Assembly: GCA_022340825.1 (NCBI GenBank)
Contig: JAJDNE010000023.1
Location: forward strand, 9,761 to 73,760
Origin: Acidiferrobacterales bacterium
Lineage (GTDB): Bacteria; Pseudomonadota; Gammaproteobacteria; Acidiferrobacterales; JAJDNE01
Direction of reading: 5' to 3'
DNA: 64,000 nucleotides
The translations under genes were made by a program, and so were the position numbers. Below the pieces are notes generated by a model that ran no database searches, was not told the DNA's origin, and saw only the letters and a program-made list of their open reading frames with translations. Positions 48,631-58,047 of this stretch are shown piece after piece (positions within the stretch are counted from its first letter, which is position 1; each line of letters opens with the position of its first letter).

Positions 48631-50023
48631 ACAAGACATCATATGGGTCATCGATGATGACAATTCCATTCGCTGGGTATTGCAGCGCGCATTGGAAAAG
48701 GAAAATATGAAGGTGGAGTCGTTTGATTCCGCCAACGAGATCCTTGAGTTGCTGGATCGCAAACGACCGGATGTCATTGTCACTGATATTCGTATGCCAG
48801 GTCTCAGCGGCCTGGAATTGTTGTCCGCGATCAATGACAAAGCGCCCGAGATCCCGGTGATCGTGATGACCGCTCATACCGATCTCGATAGCGCAGTGAC
48901 GTCTTACCAGAAAGGCGCATTCGAATATCTGCCAAAACCGTTTGATCTGAACGAGGCCATTGGTCTGGTCCGCCGCGCGACGGAGCATCGACGCAGCCAG
49001 GTATCATCGGAAGAACAACAACTGACTGAGACACCCGAGATTATCGGCGAAGCGCCAGCAATGCAGGAAGTGTTTCGTGCCATTGGCCGCCTGTCCGGTT
49101 CCAACCTGAATGTACTGATCAATGGCGAGTCCGGTACCGGTAAGGAGCTGGTGGCCAATGCGTTGCACAATCACAGCCCACGCAAGGACAAGCCCTTTAT
49201 CGCTATCAATATCGCCGCTATTCCCAGCGAATTGCTTGAATCCGAGTTATTCGGCCACGAACGCGGCGCCTTTACCGGTGCACAGACTCAACGCAAGGGT
49301 CGCTTCGAGCAGGCCAATGGCGGCACCCTGTTCCTGGACGAGATTGGTGACATGACCGCATCGCTGCAGACAAGATTGCTACGTGTGCTTTCTGACGGAC
49401 AATTCTACCGCGTCGGCGGCCACGAACAGATCAAGTGTGATGTGCGCATCATTGCCGCGACTCATCAGAATCTTGAAGAGCGCGTTGAGGAAGGGCTTTT
49501 TCGAGAGGACCTGTTTCATCGACTCAATGTGATCCGCATCCATCTGCCGGCCTTGCGTGAACGACGGGAGGACATCCCGGCACTTACACGTTCTTTTCTC
49601 AACCACTCGGCCAACGAGCTTAATGTTGAATCGAAGAAACTGGCTCCCGAGACCGAGGAATACCTGAGCCAGCTCGACTGGCCGGGAAATGTTCGGCAGC
49701 TGCAAAACACCTGTCGCTGGTTGACGGTAATGGCGCCTGGACAGACTGTGCGGATCGCGGATTTACCGCCCGAGTTACAGGCAAAAACGGGCGAATCCGG
49801 GCGTGACAACGATTGGGCGGGAAATCTCAAGCGCGTTGTCGAACAACAACTGGGCAAGGGTGAGTCGGATATTTATAAAGAATTGAACGCCACGTTTGAG
49901 CGAACACTTATAGAGGCGGCGCTGGGCGCCACCGGTGGGCGCAAACAGGATGCGGCCAAGAAACTCGGCTGGGGTCGAAACACCCTTACCCGCAAACTGA
50001 AAGAACTCGGTTACCAGGATTAG
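48623..50023 (+). CDS. glnG: Nitrogen regulation response regulator NtrC (sigma54 activator)
   Basis: Receiver domain (DDDNSIRWVL...DIRMPGLSG), AAA+ GESGTGKE, the GAFTGA loop and a C-terminal HTH. The ATG overlaps the ntrB 3' end. Confidence 0.9.
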   Translation: MTRQDIIWVIDDDNSIRWVLQRALEKENMKVESFDSANEILELLDRKRPDVIVTDIRMPGLSGLELLSAINDKAPEIPVIVMTAHTDLDSAVTSYQKGAFEYLPKPFDLNEAIGLVRRATEHRRSQVSSEEQQLTETPEIIGEAPAMQEVFRAIGRLSGSNLNVLINGESGTGKELVANALHNHSPRKDKPFIAINIAAIPSELLESELFGHERGAFTGAQTQRKGRFEQANGGTLFLDEIGDMTASLQTRLLRVLSDGQFYRVGGHEQIKCDVRIIAATHQNLEERVEEGLFREDLFHRLNVIRIHLPALRERREDIPALTRSFLNHSANELNVESKKLAPETEEYLSQLDWPGNVRQLQNTCRWLTVMAPGQTVRIADLPPELQAKTGESGRDNDWAGNLKRVVEQQLGKGESDIYKELNATFERTLIEAALGATGGRKQDAAKKLGWGRNTLTRKLKELGYQD

Positions 50024-50044
50024 ACAACCGAATATTCGCTGACG

Positions 50045-51079
50045 TTAACCGGATTTTTCCAGTCTCGACAACCACTCGTCAGAGACATGTTTTTGCCGTG
50101 AGGCGATCGTACTGACGAGTCCTGCCTGCCGGCTGGGCTCGGCAAGACTGGCCGCGGCCTGGCGCTTGAGTTGATCATTTTCCAGATCAAACATACGCAC
50201 CTGGTCCTCACGATAGAATTTTTCTTTTCCTTTGGGCGCAACGCCACGAACATATCCGAGTTGATCCAGCACATCGCCGGCAACCGACTCGAATATCTCG
50301 ATGTCCTTGTCGCTTGCCTCGACCCTGAACTTGCCGACGCCGCCCTTCAGAATCGGGGTTTTTCGATCCCCGGCTTTTGACTCACTCGACTCCATGGCGC
50401 CAAGCACTTCTTCAGACTTGAGTGAATAGCGAATCCTGTCCGAGAACTCGACCCCCATGAAGTTACAAATCTCGGACATGGTTTGTTCCGTATCACGAGC
50501 CATGTATTCATAGCGAACGCTCATAAATCGCTCTGCACCGATGACTTTTTCCATGGTCCTGGCCAGCCGCTGAATTTGTCCCCACTCCCTGGCGATGTGA
50601 TAAAAATGTTTTTCACCTTCCGGCGCCTTGCGTTGCGCCACGGCGACATCACGCCCATCACGATAAAGAAAAATATATTTTGCTTTACTTCCGAAGTGAG
50701 CCTCGATGGCAGGCAGGAACTGAACGTTGGCCAGACTCGTACAACACCAGTCACGCGCCTTTTGCTTCTGCGCCATCGTGTCGTAGATGGCCTCGAATAC
50801 ACCCAGTAGTGAACGACTCTGTGCCCGTTCGGCAATTTCTTTTCGGTCTAGGTTCAACCCGCTCCAGGGGGACGGGCTCAATTCGACCAGCCGACAGGTA
50901 TCCTCGACCAGCGCCAGAAATTGCTGATCGGAACCAAGATCACCATAGGATGGCACCAACGGGGTCATCCACCGAAGTATATTTGGCGAGTCTGGTACAG
51001 CCAGACCTGGTATTTGCTTGAGTAAGCTGGTCAGCAGTTGAGAGCCGGAGCGCTCCGCGCCGATTAAAAAGATATCCAT
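50045..51079 (-). CDS. Sulfotransferase family protein
   Basis: 5'-PSB-like loop IGAERSGSQLL near the N-terminus and a 3'-PB-like segment FLYRDGRDVAVA. An alternative GTG start lies at 51109. Confidence 0.7.
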   Translation of the reverse strand: MDIFLIGAERSGSQLLTSLLKQIPGLAVPDSPNILRWMTPLVPSYGDLGSDQQFLALVEDTCRLVELSPSPWSGLNLDRKEIAERAQSRSLLGVFEAIYDTMAQKQKARDWCCTSLANVQFLPAIEAHFGSKAKYIFLYRDGRDVAVAQRKAPEGEKHFYHIAREWGQIQRLARTMEKVIGAERFMSVRYEYMARDTEQTMSEICNFMGVEFSDRIRYSLKSEEVLGAMESSESKAGDRKTPILKGGVGKFRVEASDKDIEIFESVAGDVLDQLGYVRGVAPKGKEKFYREDQVRMFDLENDQLKRQAAASLAEPSRQAGLVSTIASRQKHVSDEWLSRLEKSG

Positions 51080-51736
51080 ATCACCATTTTCCCGAATATT
51101 TTTTGGCACACTTGTGGGCCATGTCTTGAAATTGAACCCATTAGCATGAACCTGATTCTTCCTTATTTAACAATTACGCTACGTTTATAAATCCAATACT
51201 TTGCTTGCTGTTTTACAATCGCGTTATCAACGCAAATAAAAACTTACAAAAAACAAGACAGTATTGAGTGAATCGCTTTCTTCTATCTGCCCTATATATA
51301 TGGTTCAAAAACACACGGTGCGCTTTACCATGTGTAATTACTAAGTAACCATTTGTCTGACGAATTACGTCACTTGTAATGAAACACTTGATTAATAAGT
51401 TGGAATTTGACGGTGGGATGAATTTAATACCTTGGTTAAATTCAGTGAATGAGTGAACGGTATCAACGAATGCCAAATGCGCTTGTTGTTGCCAAAACGA
51501 ATGCCGACATTAACCGGACTTTGTTTGCGCAGTGTTGTGTTGACGAAGATCCATGCGTGACAACACCTCGTCGCTGGTACCTTATTCGTGAGCAACAACC
51601 GAGGAAAGGAATACGCTAACGTATCCCGGTATCTGAGAAGTGAAGGGGGGTTCCGACTATTCGACCCGAGCTTACTGCAAGGCACCACCAAGAAAGGTGT
51701 GACGTTTAACGGGACTAGCCTGCAAAACCATCGGCA

Positions 51737-51767
51737 CTACCCGAACACATTCGCGTAGGGTTTTTTT
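51737..51767 (+). terminator. Plus-strand intrinsic terminator with no annotated plus-strand gene upstream
   Basis: Stem ctac-c-cgaa / ttcg-c-gtag (8 bp, one C-C mismatch), loop caca, then GG and T7 (51761-51767). The T-run overlaps the ubiI stop codon on the opposite strand. Confidence 0.55.
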
Positions 51768-52998
51768 ACGGTCGTAAACCGCGCATCAGTTTCGGTCGAT
51801 CACCGGCTAGGCCTGCCGCGTATAACATGATGCGATGTTTCAACGGCGAAAGGGTATCTGCCAGATCGAGGCCCACATTGCGCAAGCCACCCAGAATCGG
51901 GTCATCATTGCTGAACAGGCGCTTGAAACCATCCATGCTTGTCAGCATCAGTGCATTGTCCCCGCGTCGCCACCGTTCGTAGCGTCGCAACACTTTCAGT
52001 GAACCAATGTCGCGCCTTTCGCGCTGACTCTCGACCAATACCTCGGCGAGCACCGCGACATCCCCCAGTCCCAGGTTCAGCCCCTGGCCGGCCAGGGGAT
52101 GAATGCGGTGGGCCGCGTCACCCACCAGCACAATTCGCTCATCGATGTAGTGCTGCGCATGCGCGGATGTCAGCGGAAACGCCGCACGTTGGCTGACCGC
52201 CTCCATATCGCCAAGCGCGGTGCCAGGGCCATCAGCGATTGCCGCGTGAAGCTCTGCCAGAAACCCAGCGTCTTCCATCGCCAACAGCGCATCGGCGCGC
52301 GCGTTGTCTGCGGACCACACGATCGAACACTTATGCGGATCGTCCAGCGGCAGGAACGCCAGTGGCCCGGTTGCCAGAAAACGCTGGCGTGCAACGCCGC
52401 CATGGTCCTCGCTGGTGGTCACCGTCGCGACAATAGCTTTCTGCTCAAAACTCCAGCTTCGGGTATCGATATCAGCCCAGTGGCGTACATAGGAATTGGC
52501 GCCATCGGCACCGACAAGTAAATGCGACTCCAGCAAAGTGCCGTCATCTGTTCGCATGGAAATGCTATTACCATCATTATCAATCCCGCTCACTGACGCC
52601 GGACAGAATAGCTCGATGTTTCTCAGTGCCTGCATGCGGTCGAGGGCAGCCTTGCGGATGACACGGTTCTCGACAATGTAGCCGAGGCAGGGTTGCGCCA
52701 TTTCGGCGCTGTCGAAATGGATATGACCGCTACCCGCTTCGTCCCAGACAGCCATGCTGTCGATACATGACAACCGCTGTGACTCCATCCCCGACCACAG
52801 TCCAACCGTCTCGAAGATGGCTTTGGAACCGAGGGTAACGGCACTGACGCGCAAATCGTAATCGCTGGTATCGATATCTGGCACCGGTGCGCTATCGACA
52901 ACGGCGATACGAAAATCGGCCTCAGCCAGCGCGCAGGCCAGTGTCGCACCTACCATGCCACCGCCGACAATCACGATATCGAATTGCTTCGTGCTCAT
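51766..52998 (-). CDS. ubiI: FAD-dependent ubiquinone-biosynthesis hydroxylase, UbiH/UbiF/VisC(UbiI) family
   Basis: GxGxxG dinucleotide fold (IVGGGMVGATLA) and the LVGDAAHRIHPLAGQGLNLG motif. It lies downstream of ubiH as in the E. coli pepP-ubiH-visC order. The symbol is assigned by synteny only. Confidence 0.8.
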   Translation of the reverse strand: MSTKQFDIVIVGGGMVGATLACALAEADFRIAVVDSAPVPDIDTSDYDLRVSAVTLGSKAIFETVGLWSGMESQRLSCIDSMAVWDEAGSGHIHFDSAEMAQPCLGYIVENRVIRKAALDRMQALRNIELFCPASVSGIDNDGNSISMRTDDGTLLESHLLVGADGANSYVRHWADIDTRSWSFEQKAIVATVTTSEDHGGVARQRFLATGPLAFLPLDDPHKCSIVWSADNARADALLAMEDAGFLAELHAAIADGPGTALGDMEAVSQRAAFPLTSAHAQHYIDERIVLVGDAAHRIHPLAGQGLNLGLGDVAVLAEVLVESQRERRDIGSLKVLRRYERWRRGDNALMLTSMDGFKRLFSNDDPILGGLRNVGLDLADTLSPLKHRIMLYAAGLAGDRPKLMRGLRP

Positions 52999-54221
52999 AG
53001 CGGCAAGCCGCGGGCAAGCCGCGGCAAACGGCCATTCAAGCCGCTGGTACGACGGATAAAGGTGCGCTTGATCGAAGGGAAGAGATTGACCAGCGAGAGG
53101 CCGGCGTTTCTCGCCAGTGTTAACGGCAAGAAGTCATTGGAAAATATGCGAACCAGGCCATCGGTAAACGTGGCGACACGCTGGTTATCACGCTTGCGCC
53201 ATTCGGCATAGGGTCGCAGCACATCAATACTGCCAAAGTCCTTGCCCGCCCTCCGCGCATCGACAATGACCTGGGCAAGGGTAGCAACATCACGCAAGCC
53301 AAGATTGAAGCCCTGTCCTGCGACCGGGTGCACTGTGTGTGCAGCATTGCCGATCAGCGCAATGCGATCACTGACAGAATCCTTTACTCGCGTTAGTGCC
53401 AGTGGATAGGCAACGCGTTTGCCCGCACGCTCAAACCGGCCGAGGCGATCACCGAAGCGCTGCTGCAACTGGGCCAGGTACTGTTCGTCAGTCCAGCCCA
53501 TGATGGTTTCCACGTTTTCACTGTTTGTCGACCAGACCACGGCACAACGCTTCCCGGGCATGGGCAACAGTGCCAGAGGTCCGGTTTTGGTAAAACGCTC
53601 GTACGCCGTATTGTGGTGGTCATGGCCAGGGGTGACATTGGCCACCACTGCCGCCTGGTCGTACTCGTGCTTGCGGGATTCGATACCGACTGCCCGGCGT
53701 AATGGCGAATCGCCACCATCGGCAGCCACCGCCAGCCGCGCCGATATTTTCTGCGTCTTGCCTTCGCGCTCGATGCTCAACTCAGCATGGTCAGACCGGA
53801 CGTTGACATCGCCGACGCTGGCAGGGCAGACCAATTCGATATTCTTGTAAGTCGCCATCACTTCGTACAGGGCGGCACCCAGTGCACGCGTCTCCGCGAC
53901 ATATCCCAGGGCTTCGATACCCATGTCACTTGCATGCAAACGGGTGAAGCCAAAGTGGCCACGATCTGAAATATGGATATGTTCTATCGGAGTGGCGGAT
54001 CGCTGGGCGATGCTTTCCCAGACTCCAATGCCCTCGAAAATTCGCCGGGAGCTGTAGGCAAGCGCGATGGTCCGGTCGTCATAGCTCGGCTGACCCGGGT
54101 CACCCAACGCCACAGCCTCGACTACTGCAATGCGCAGTTCGCTACTGCCGAGTGCACAGGCGAGGCTGGCCCCCACCATACCGCCGCCAACAATTACGAT
54201 ATCGTAGTCGGTCGAATTCAT
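52995..54221 (-). CDS. ubiH: 2-octaprenyl-6-methoxyphenol hydroxylase (UbiH family)
   Basis: VGGGMVGASLA and LIGNAAHTVHPVAGQGFNLG motifs. It follows pepP with a 4-nt overlap. Confidence 0.8.
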   Translation of the reverse strand: MNSTDYDIVIVGGGMVGASLACALGSSELRIAVVEAVALGDPGQPSYDDRTIALAYSSRRIFEGIGVWESIAQRSATPIEHIHISDRGHFGFTRLHASDMGIEALGYVAETRALGAALYEVMATYKNIELVCPASVGDVNVRSDHAELSIEREGKTQKISARLAVAADGGDSPLRRAVGIESRKHEYDQAAVVANVTPGHDHHNTAYERFTKTGPLALLPMPGKRCAVVWSTNSENVETIMGWTDEQYLAQLQQRFGDRLGRFERAGKRVAYPLALTRVKDSVSDRIALIGNAAHTVHPVAGQGFNLGLRDVATLAQVIVDARRAGKDFGSIDVLRPYAEWRKRDNQRVATFTDGLVRIFSNDFLPLTLARNAGLSLVNLFPSIKRTFIRRTSGLNGRLPRLARGLPL

Positions 54222-55513
54222 TGCATAACCGCCTCGATGTCATCGATCGCCTTGGGTGCGTCGATGCTAAGGATCTCGTTGCCGGACTTGGTAACCAGGA
54301 CATCGTCCTCGATACGGATACCAATGTTCCACCAGCGCTTGTCGACGCCCTTTTGACCTTCAGCAATGTATAGACCGGGTTCTACGGTCAATACCAGGCC
54401 AGGCTCAAGCAGACGCCAGATGCCGTCAACCTTGTAGTCACCGACATCGTGCACGTCCATCCCCAGCCAGTGACCGGTACGGTGCATATAGAATTTACGG
54501 TACTCCTGCTTCTCGATGATGTCGTCGGCCTTGCCTTTCAGCAGCTTCAGATCCAGCAGACCGTCCACCAGAACCTTCACCGCCGCCTCGTGCGGGTCGT
54601 TCCAGTGGTTGCCCGGCTGTACCTGTTCGATTGCCGCGTGTTGCGCCGCCAATACGATTTCATAAATCGCCTTTTGCTCCGGGCTGAACTTGCCGTTAAC
54701 CGGAAACGTACGCGTAATGTCCGACGCATAGCCGTCCAGCTCGCAGCCGGCATCAATCAACAACAGGTCGCCATCCTTCATCTGCGCATTATTTTCTATG
54801 TAATGCAGGATGCAGCCGTTGGCACCACTACCAACAATCGACGGATAGGCCGGGTATTGACTGCCATTCCGACGAAACTCGTGTAACAGTTCGGCCTCAA
54901 CCTGGTATTCGTACATGCCGGGTTTGCATGCCTGCATGGCGCGAATATGGGCCTGGCTCGAAATTTTCGCAGCACGGCGCATGGTGCGAACTTCGTCCAC
55001 ACGTTTAAACAGGCGCATTTCATGAACGATGTGATCGAGGTCAACAAACTCGCCGGGTGCATGCACACCGTTCCGTGACTTGGCGCGCACGTCGTTCACC
55101 CACCCCATGAGTCGCTTGTCAAAATCCGGGTAGCGACCCATGTTGCAAAAAACCTTGTCCCGATTTTCAAGCAGACCGGGCAGAATCTCGTCGATATCGT
55201 CGATGGGAAAGGCGTCATCGGCACCGTATTGTTCGCAGGCGCCATCGATACCAGCGCGGTAGCCGTCCCAGATTTCCTTCTCGGGATCACGCTCGCGACA
55301 GAACAGGATGTACTCGCCTTGCGGGCGGTCTGGCACCAGCACCAGCACAGCCTCCGGTTCCGGGAAATGGGTCAAATAGAAAAAATCGCTGTCCGGACGA
55401 AACTGGTAATCGACATCACGATTTCGAATTTGTACCGGTGCAGTGGGAATGATGGCCACACCGCTACCCATGTGTTGCATGACATCGCGGCGTCTGGCGG
55501 CAAGAGTTTTCAT
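54218..55513 (-). CDS. pepP: Xaa-Pro aminopeptidase
   Basis: M24B motifs (DAGCELDGYASDITRTFPV, HRTGHWLGMDVHD, VEPGLY...IRIEDD). Confidence 0.9.
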   Translation of the reverse strand: MKTLAARRRDVMQHMGSGVAIIPTAPVQIRNRDVDYQFRPDSDFFYLTHFPEPEAVLVLVPDRPQGEYILFCRERDPEKEIWDGYRAGIDGACEQYGADDAFPIDDIDEILPGLLENRDKVFCNMGRYPDFDKRLMGWVNDVRAKSRNGVHAPGEFVDLDHIVHEMRLFKRVDEVRTMRRAAKISSQAHIRAMQACKPGMYEYQVEAELLHEFRRNGSQYPAYPSIVGSGANGCILHYIENNAQMKDGDLLLIDAGCELDGYASDITRTFPVNGKFSPEQKAIYEIVLAAQHAAIEQVQPGNHWNDPHEAAVKVLVDGLLDLKLLKGKADDIIEKQEYRKFYMHRTGHWLGMDVHDVGDYKVDGIWRLLEPGLVLTVEPGLYIAEGQKGVDKRWWNIGIRIEDDVLVTKSGNEILSIDAPKAIDDIEAVMQ

Positions 55514-55549
55514 ATTCTGTTCCGGAGTACTCGGGCTGGAGCGGGTTAA

Positions 55550-56113
55550 TTACTGACTAGTTGGCTCGGTTGACCGATGATCCTCGTCGTACAGAAACTG
55601 CACGGCCACCCGGACATATTCCTCGACCTCGACCAATGCCTGCTCCTGTTGTTCGTCGACCTCTTCTTCGGCAACCACCTCGGCAATGTCGATCAGGTCT
55701 TCCAGGGCCTCGCGCGCCTCGTTCGATAATGACGAGAAATCTGACAGGCCGCCTTCGGCCAGGCCCAGCAGAAAACCGCGGCACCAGGCGGCCAGCGCCT
55801 CGGTGCGGTCAATAATATCGTGGGACTCACCGGGCAGCAGCAAAGTCAGGCCAAATTCGTCCTCGCCCAGTGCCTTACGCGTTGACTGATACAAACCAAG
55901 CAATTGTTCCGAAACCGGCTTAGGTAACTGGTGTACGAGCCCGCTATCTCCACCGAGAACCGTGGCGAGCCAATCGATCCTGGCTGCGCCGGGCGACACT
56001 AGCACGCCGCAAATTATGCCATGTACCTCTGAAACGCCTGGCTCGATACCGGCAAGTGCAAACGCGGCACTGGCCTGTTCATACTCCGGAAGTACTGCGG
56101 TAGACACGCTCAT
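55550..56113 (-). CDS. ygfB: UPF0149 family protein YgfB-like
   Basis: 187 aa, acidic. Position upstream of pepP matches the ygfB-pepP-ubiH synteny. Confidence 0.7.
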   Translation of the reverse strand: MSVSTAVLPEYEQASAAFALAGIEPGVSEVHGIICGVLVSPGAARIDWLATVLGGDSGLVHQLPKPVSEQLLGLYQSTRKALGEDEFGLTLLLPGESHDIIDRTEALAAWCRGFLLGLAEGGLSDFSSLSNEAREALEDLIDIAEVVAEEEVDEQQEQALVEVEEYVRVAVQFLYDEDHRSTEPTSQ

Positions 56114-56307
56114 ATAGATAGTATTGGCACCGAAAGCGGCCGAATAAAGTAACTATTATATAGAAAGCCGGGCGGCGACCACACGCTTGCGAGCGCCTAT
56201 TTCCCACAATTCGGTATTTTCCTGCCGTAACTGCCAGACGTCGCGATTGACCCCACTCGCCCACCGCCCTATATTTATTACCGTTTTAACAGGGAACCTG
56301 CCCGGGC

Positions 56308-56517
56308 GTGGAAAACGATCAACTGAAAACTCTGGAAACCCGTATTGATGACCTGATCACTGCGTGTGAACGCCTGAAACAGGAAAACCATTCCCTGCGG
56401 GATGGCGGTGATGCTCTGAAAGAAGAGCATGCCGATCTGATGGAAAAAACCCGTCAGGCGAAAACCCGCATCAAATCAATGATTGAGCGCCTAAAAGCAC
56501 TGGAACGTAGCACGTGA
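56308..56517 (+). CDS. Small coiled-coil protein (TIGR02449/ZapB-like) upstream of zapA
   Basis: 69 aa with a heptad leucine pattern. GTG start. It overlaps the zapA start. Confidence 0.6.
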   Translation: MENDQLKTLETRIDDLITACERLKQENHSLRDGGDALKEEHADLMEKTRQAKTRIKSMIERLKALERST

Positions 56518-56822
56518 GACAGGATCAGCCCGGAATCAAAGTCACCATCATGGGCAAGGAATTTATGGTTGCCTGCCCGGAGGACGAAAAAACCAGTCTT
56601 GTTGCTGCCGCCAAATATCTTGATCACAAGATGAAGGATATCCATAACAGCGGCAAGGTATTGGGTGCCGAGCGCTGCGCCATCATGGCTGCGCTCAACA
56701 TCGCCCATGAACTGCTGCAATATCAAAGCGACGGCATACCCTCTGACATGGGCGACAAAATCCGCGCACTTCAGACCAAAATCGATAACGCCCTTCGGGA
56801 TAGTGCACAACTGACCCTATAG
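56514..56822 (+). CDS. zapA: Cell division protein ZapA
   Basis: 102 aa. VTIMGKEFMVACPEDEK...AALNIAHELL is typical of ZapA. The 6S RNA follows. Confidence 0.85.
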   Translation: MRQDQPGIKVTIMGKEFMVACPEDEKTSLVAAAKYLDHKMKDIHNSGKVLGAERCAIMAALNIAHELLQYQSDGIPSDMGDKIRALQTKIDNALRDSAQLTL

Positions 56823-56837
56823 GGCTATCATGATCAT

Positions 56838-57024
56838 GGCGTCCCCTGCGGTGTTCGTGGTGTTCCAGTAATTCTCTGAACCTATAAGCATCATCCCGGG
56901 AGCTGACTCGTAAATGATGTGTGCATGTCCGCTTGTTCGGAAAGCCTGATTCATTTCCACAGCACCCACTTGAACCTCTGGGTTCAAGAAGTCGAAGAGC
57001 AGCACGGCACAGGCGGAGGGCGCC
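56838..57024 (+). ncRNA. ssrS: 6S RNA
   Basis: Conserved zapA-ssrS-ygfA position. The 3' hairpin cttgaacc-tct-gggttcaag matches the E. coli 6S ccuugaaccaaggguucaagg element. The 5' ggcgtcccctgcggtg and 3' cacaggcggagggcgcc form the closing stem. Ends are approximate. Confidence 0.8.
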
Positions 57025-57039
57025 CACCTTTATCTTCCG

Positions 57040-57657
57040 GTGGATGTTGTGACCACAAACACTCAAGCCAAATTGCGACAGCAACTTCGCGCCGCGAGAA
57101 CAAACCTCACCGCAAAAGAGCAACGACTCGCTGCAGATGGCGTCGCCAGGCAGGTTTGTCGCTCCCGTTATTTCCGCACCAGTAAGCGCATCGCCTGCTA
57201 CTTTGCCGCTGACGGTGAAATTGCAACGGATGCCCTTGTCGAACGAATCTGGCAAACCGGAAAGGCCTGTTACATGCCGATCCTCACCTATCTCATTGGC
57301 GAACGTCTATGGTTTGCTCCGGTAACTCCCGACAGCAAGTTCGTCGCCAACCGATTTGGTATCCTGGAGCCGCTTGCAACATCGCGCAGCCTGCTCGATG
57401 CACGCGAGCTGGACCTTGTGTTGATGCCACTGGTTGGTTTCGACAACACCGGCAATCGCATTGGAATGGGTGGCGGTTTCTACGATCGCACCCTGGCTTT
57501 CATGCATCACCGGCACAGATGGCATCGACCCAGACTAATGGGCCTGGCGCACGCGCTGCAGCAAACCGATCCACTCTCGACCAACCCCTGGGACGTACCC
57601 CTCGATGCGGTCGCAACGGACCGTGAACTATTGCTGTTTAATCGTCACAAAAGCTGA
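57040..57657 (+). CDS. 5-formyltetrahydrofolate cyclo-ligase
   Basis: 205 aa. Family pattern ([32 protein letters not shown]). It lies immediately downstream of the 6S RNA, as in E. coli ygfA. Confidence 0.85.
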   Translation: [205 protein letters not shown]

Positions 57658-57727
57658 GGTCTGTTGGCCATTTCGATTAACGCCGGCCAAACGGTACATT
57701 CAGTAAAGAGAGACCGAATATAGCTAC

Positions 57728-58045
57728 ATGGCAATCTGTGTATTGAGAAAATCAGACCGTTCAGTGCTGGTCCGTGCCGACAATCCTGATCAGGTAATCC
57801 GGCTGGAAGGTAACTTCTACTTTCACCCCGATCTGGTTGATCCGTCCCTGCTTGATATCACCGAGCGAACCTACAACTGCCCGAAAAAGGGCGTTTGTAA
57901 CTGGATAGACCTGGTAACCGAAAAAGGTTTTGTCACCGACGGGTCATGGGTCTATCCCGAAACCAAGCAAGGCTATGAAAATATTCGCGGCTGGTACGGC
58001 TTCTATGCCGACCACCGATACTATGAAACCCGGGAGTGTGACTAA
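57728..58045 (+). CDS. DUF427-like small protein
   Basis: 105 aa. The EGNFYFHP and CPKKGVCNW segments resemble my recollection of DUF427. Confidence 0.5.
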   Translation: MAICVLRKSDRSVLVRADNPDQVIRLEGNFYFHPDLVDPSLLDITERTYNCPKKGVCNWIDLVTEKGFVTDGSWVYPETKQGYENIRGWYGFYADHRYYETRECD

Positions 58046-58047
58046 CG

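Noticed and set aside
51645-51670. ggggggttccgactattcgac resembles the 5' end of tmRNA (GGGGCUGAUUCUGGAUUCGACGGG).
   Set aside because: Only about 120 nt remain before the terminator. There is no tag reading frame (nothing like ANDENYALAA), no T-arm/GGTTCGA element and no CCA 3' end nearby. A permuted two-piece arrangement is not supported by the upstream sequence either. I treat the match as coincidental.
51213-51691. Two minus-strand ORFs (87 and 99 aa) in the sulfotransferase-ubiI gap.
   Set aside because: They have no SD, no recognisable motifs and non-coding-like composition. The region is better explained as regulatory or ncRNA sequence.
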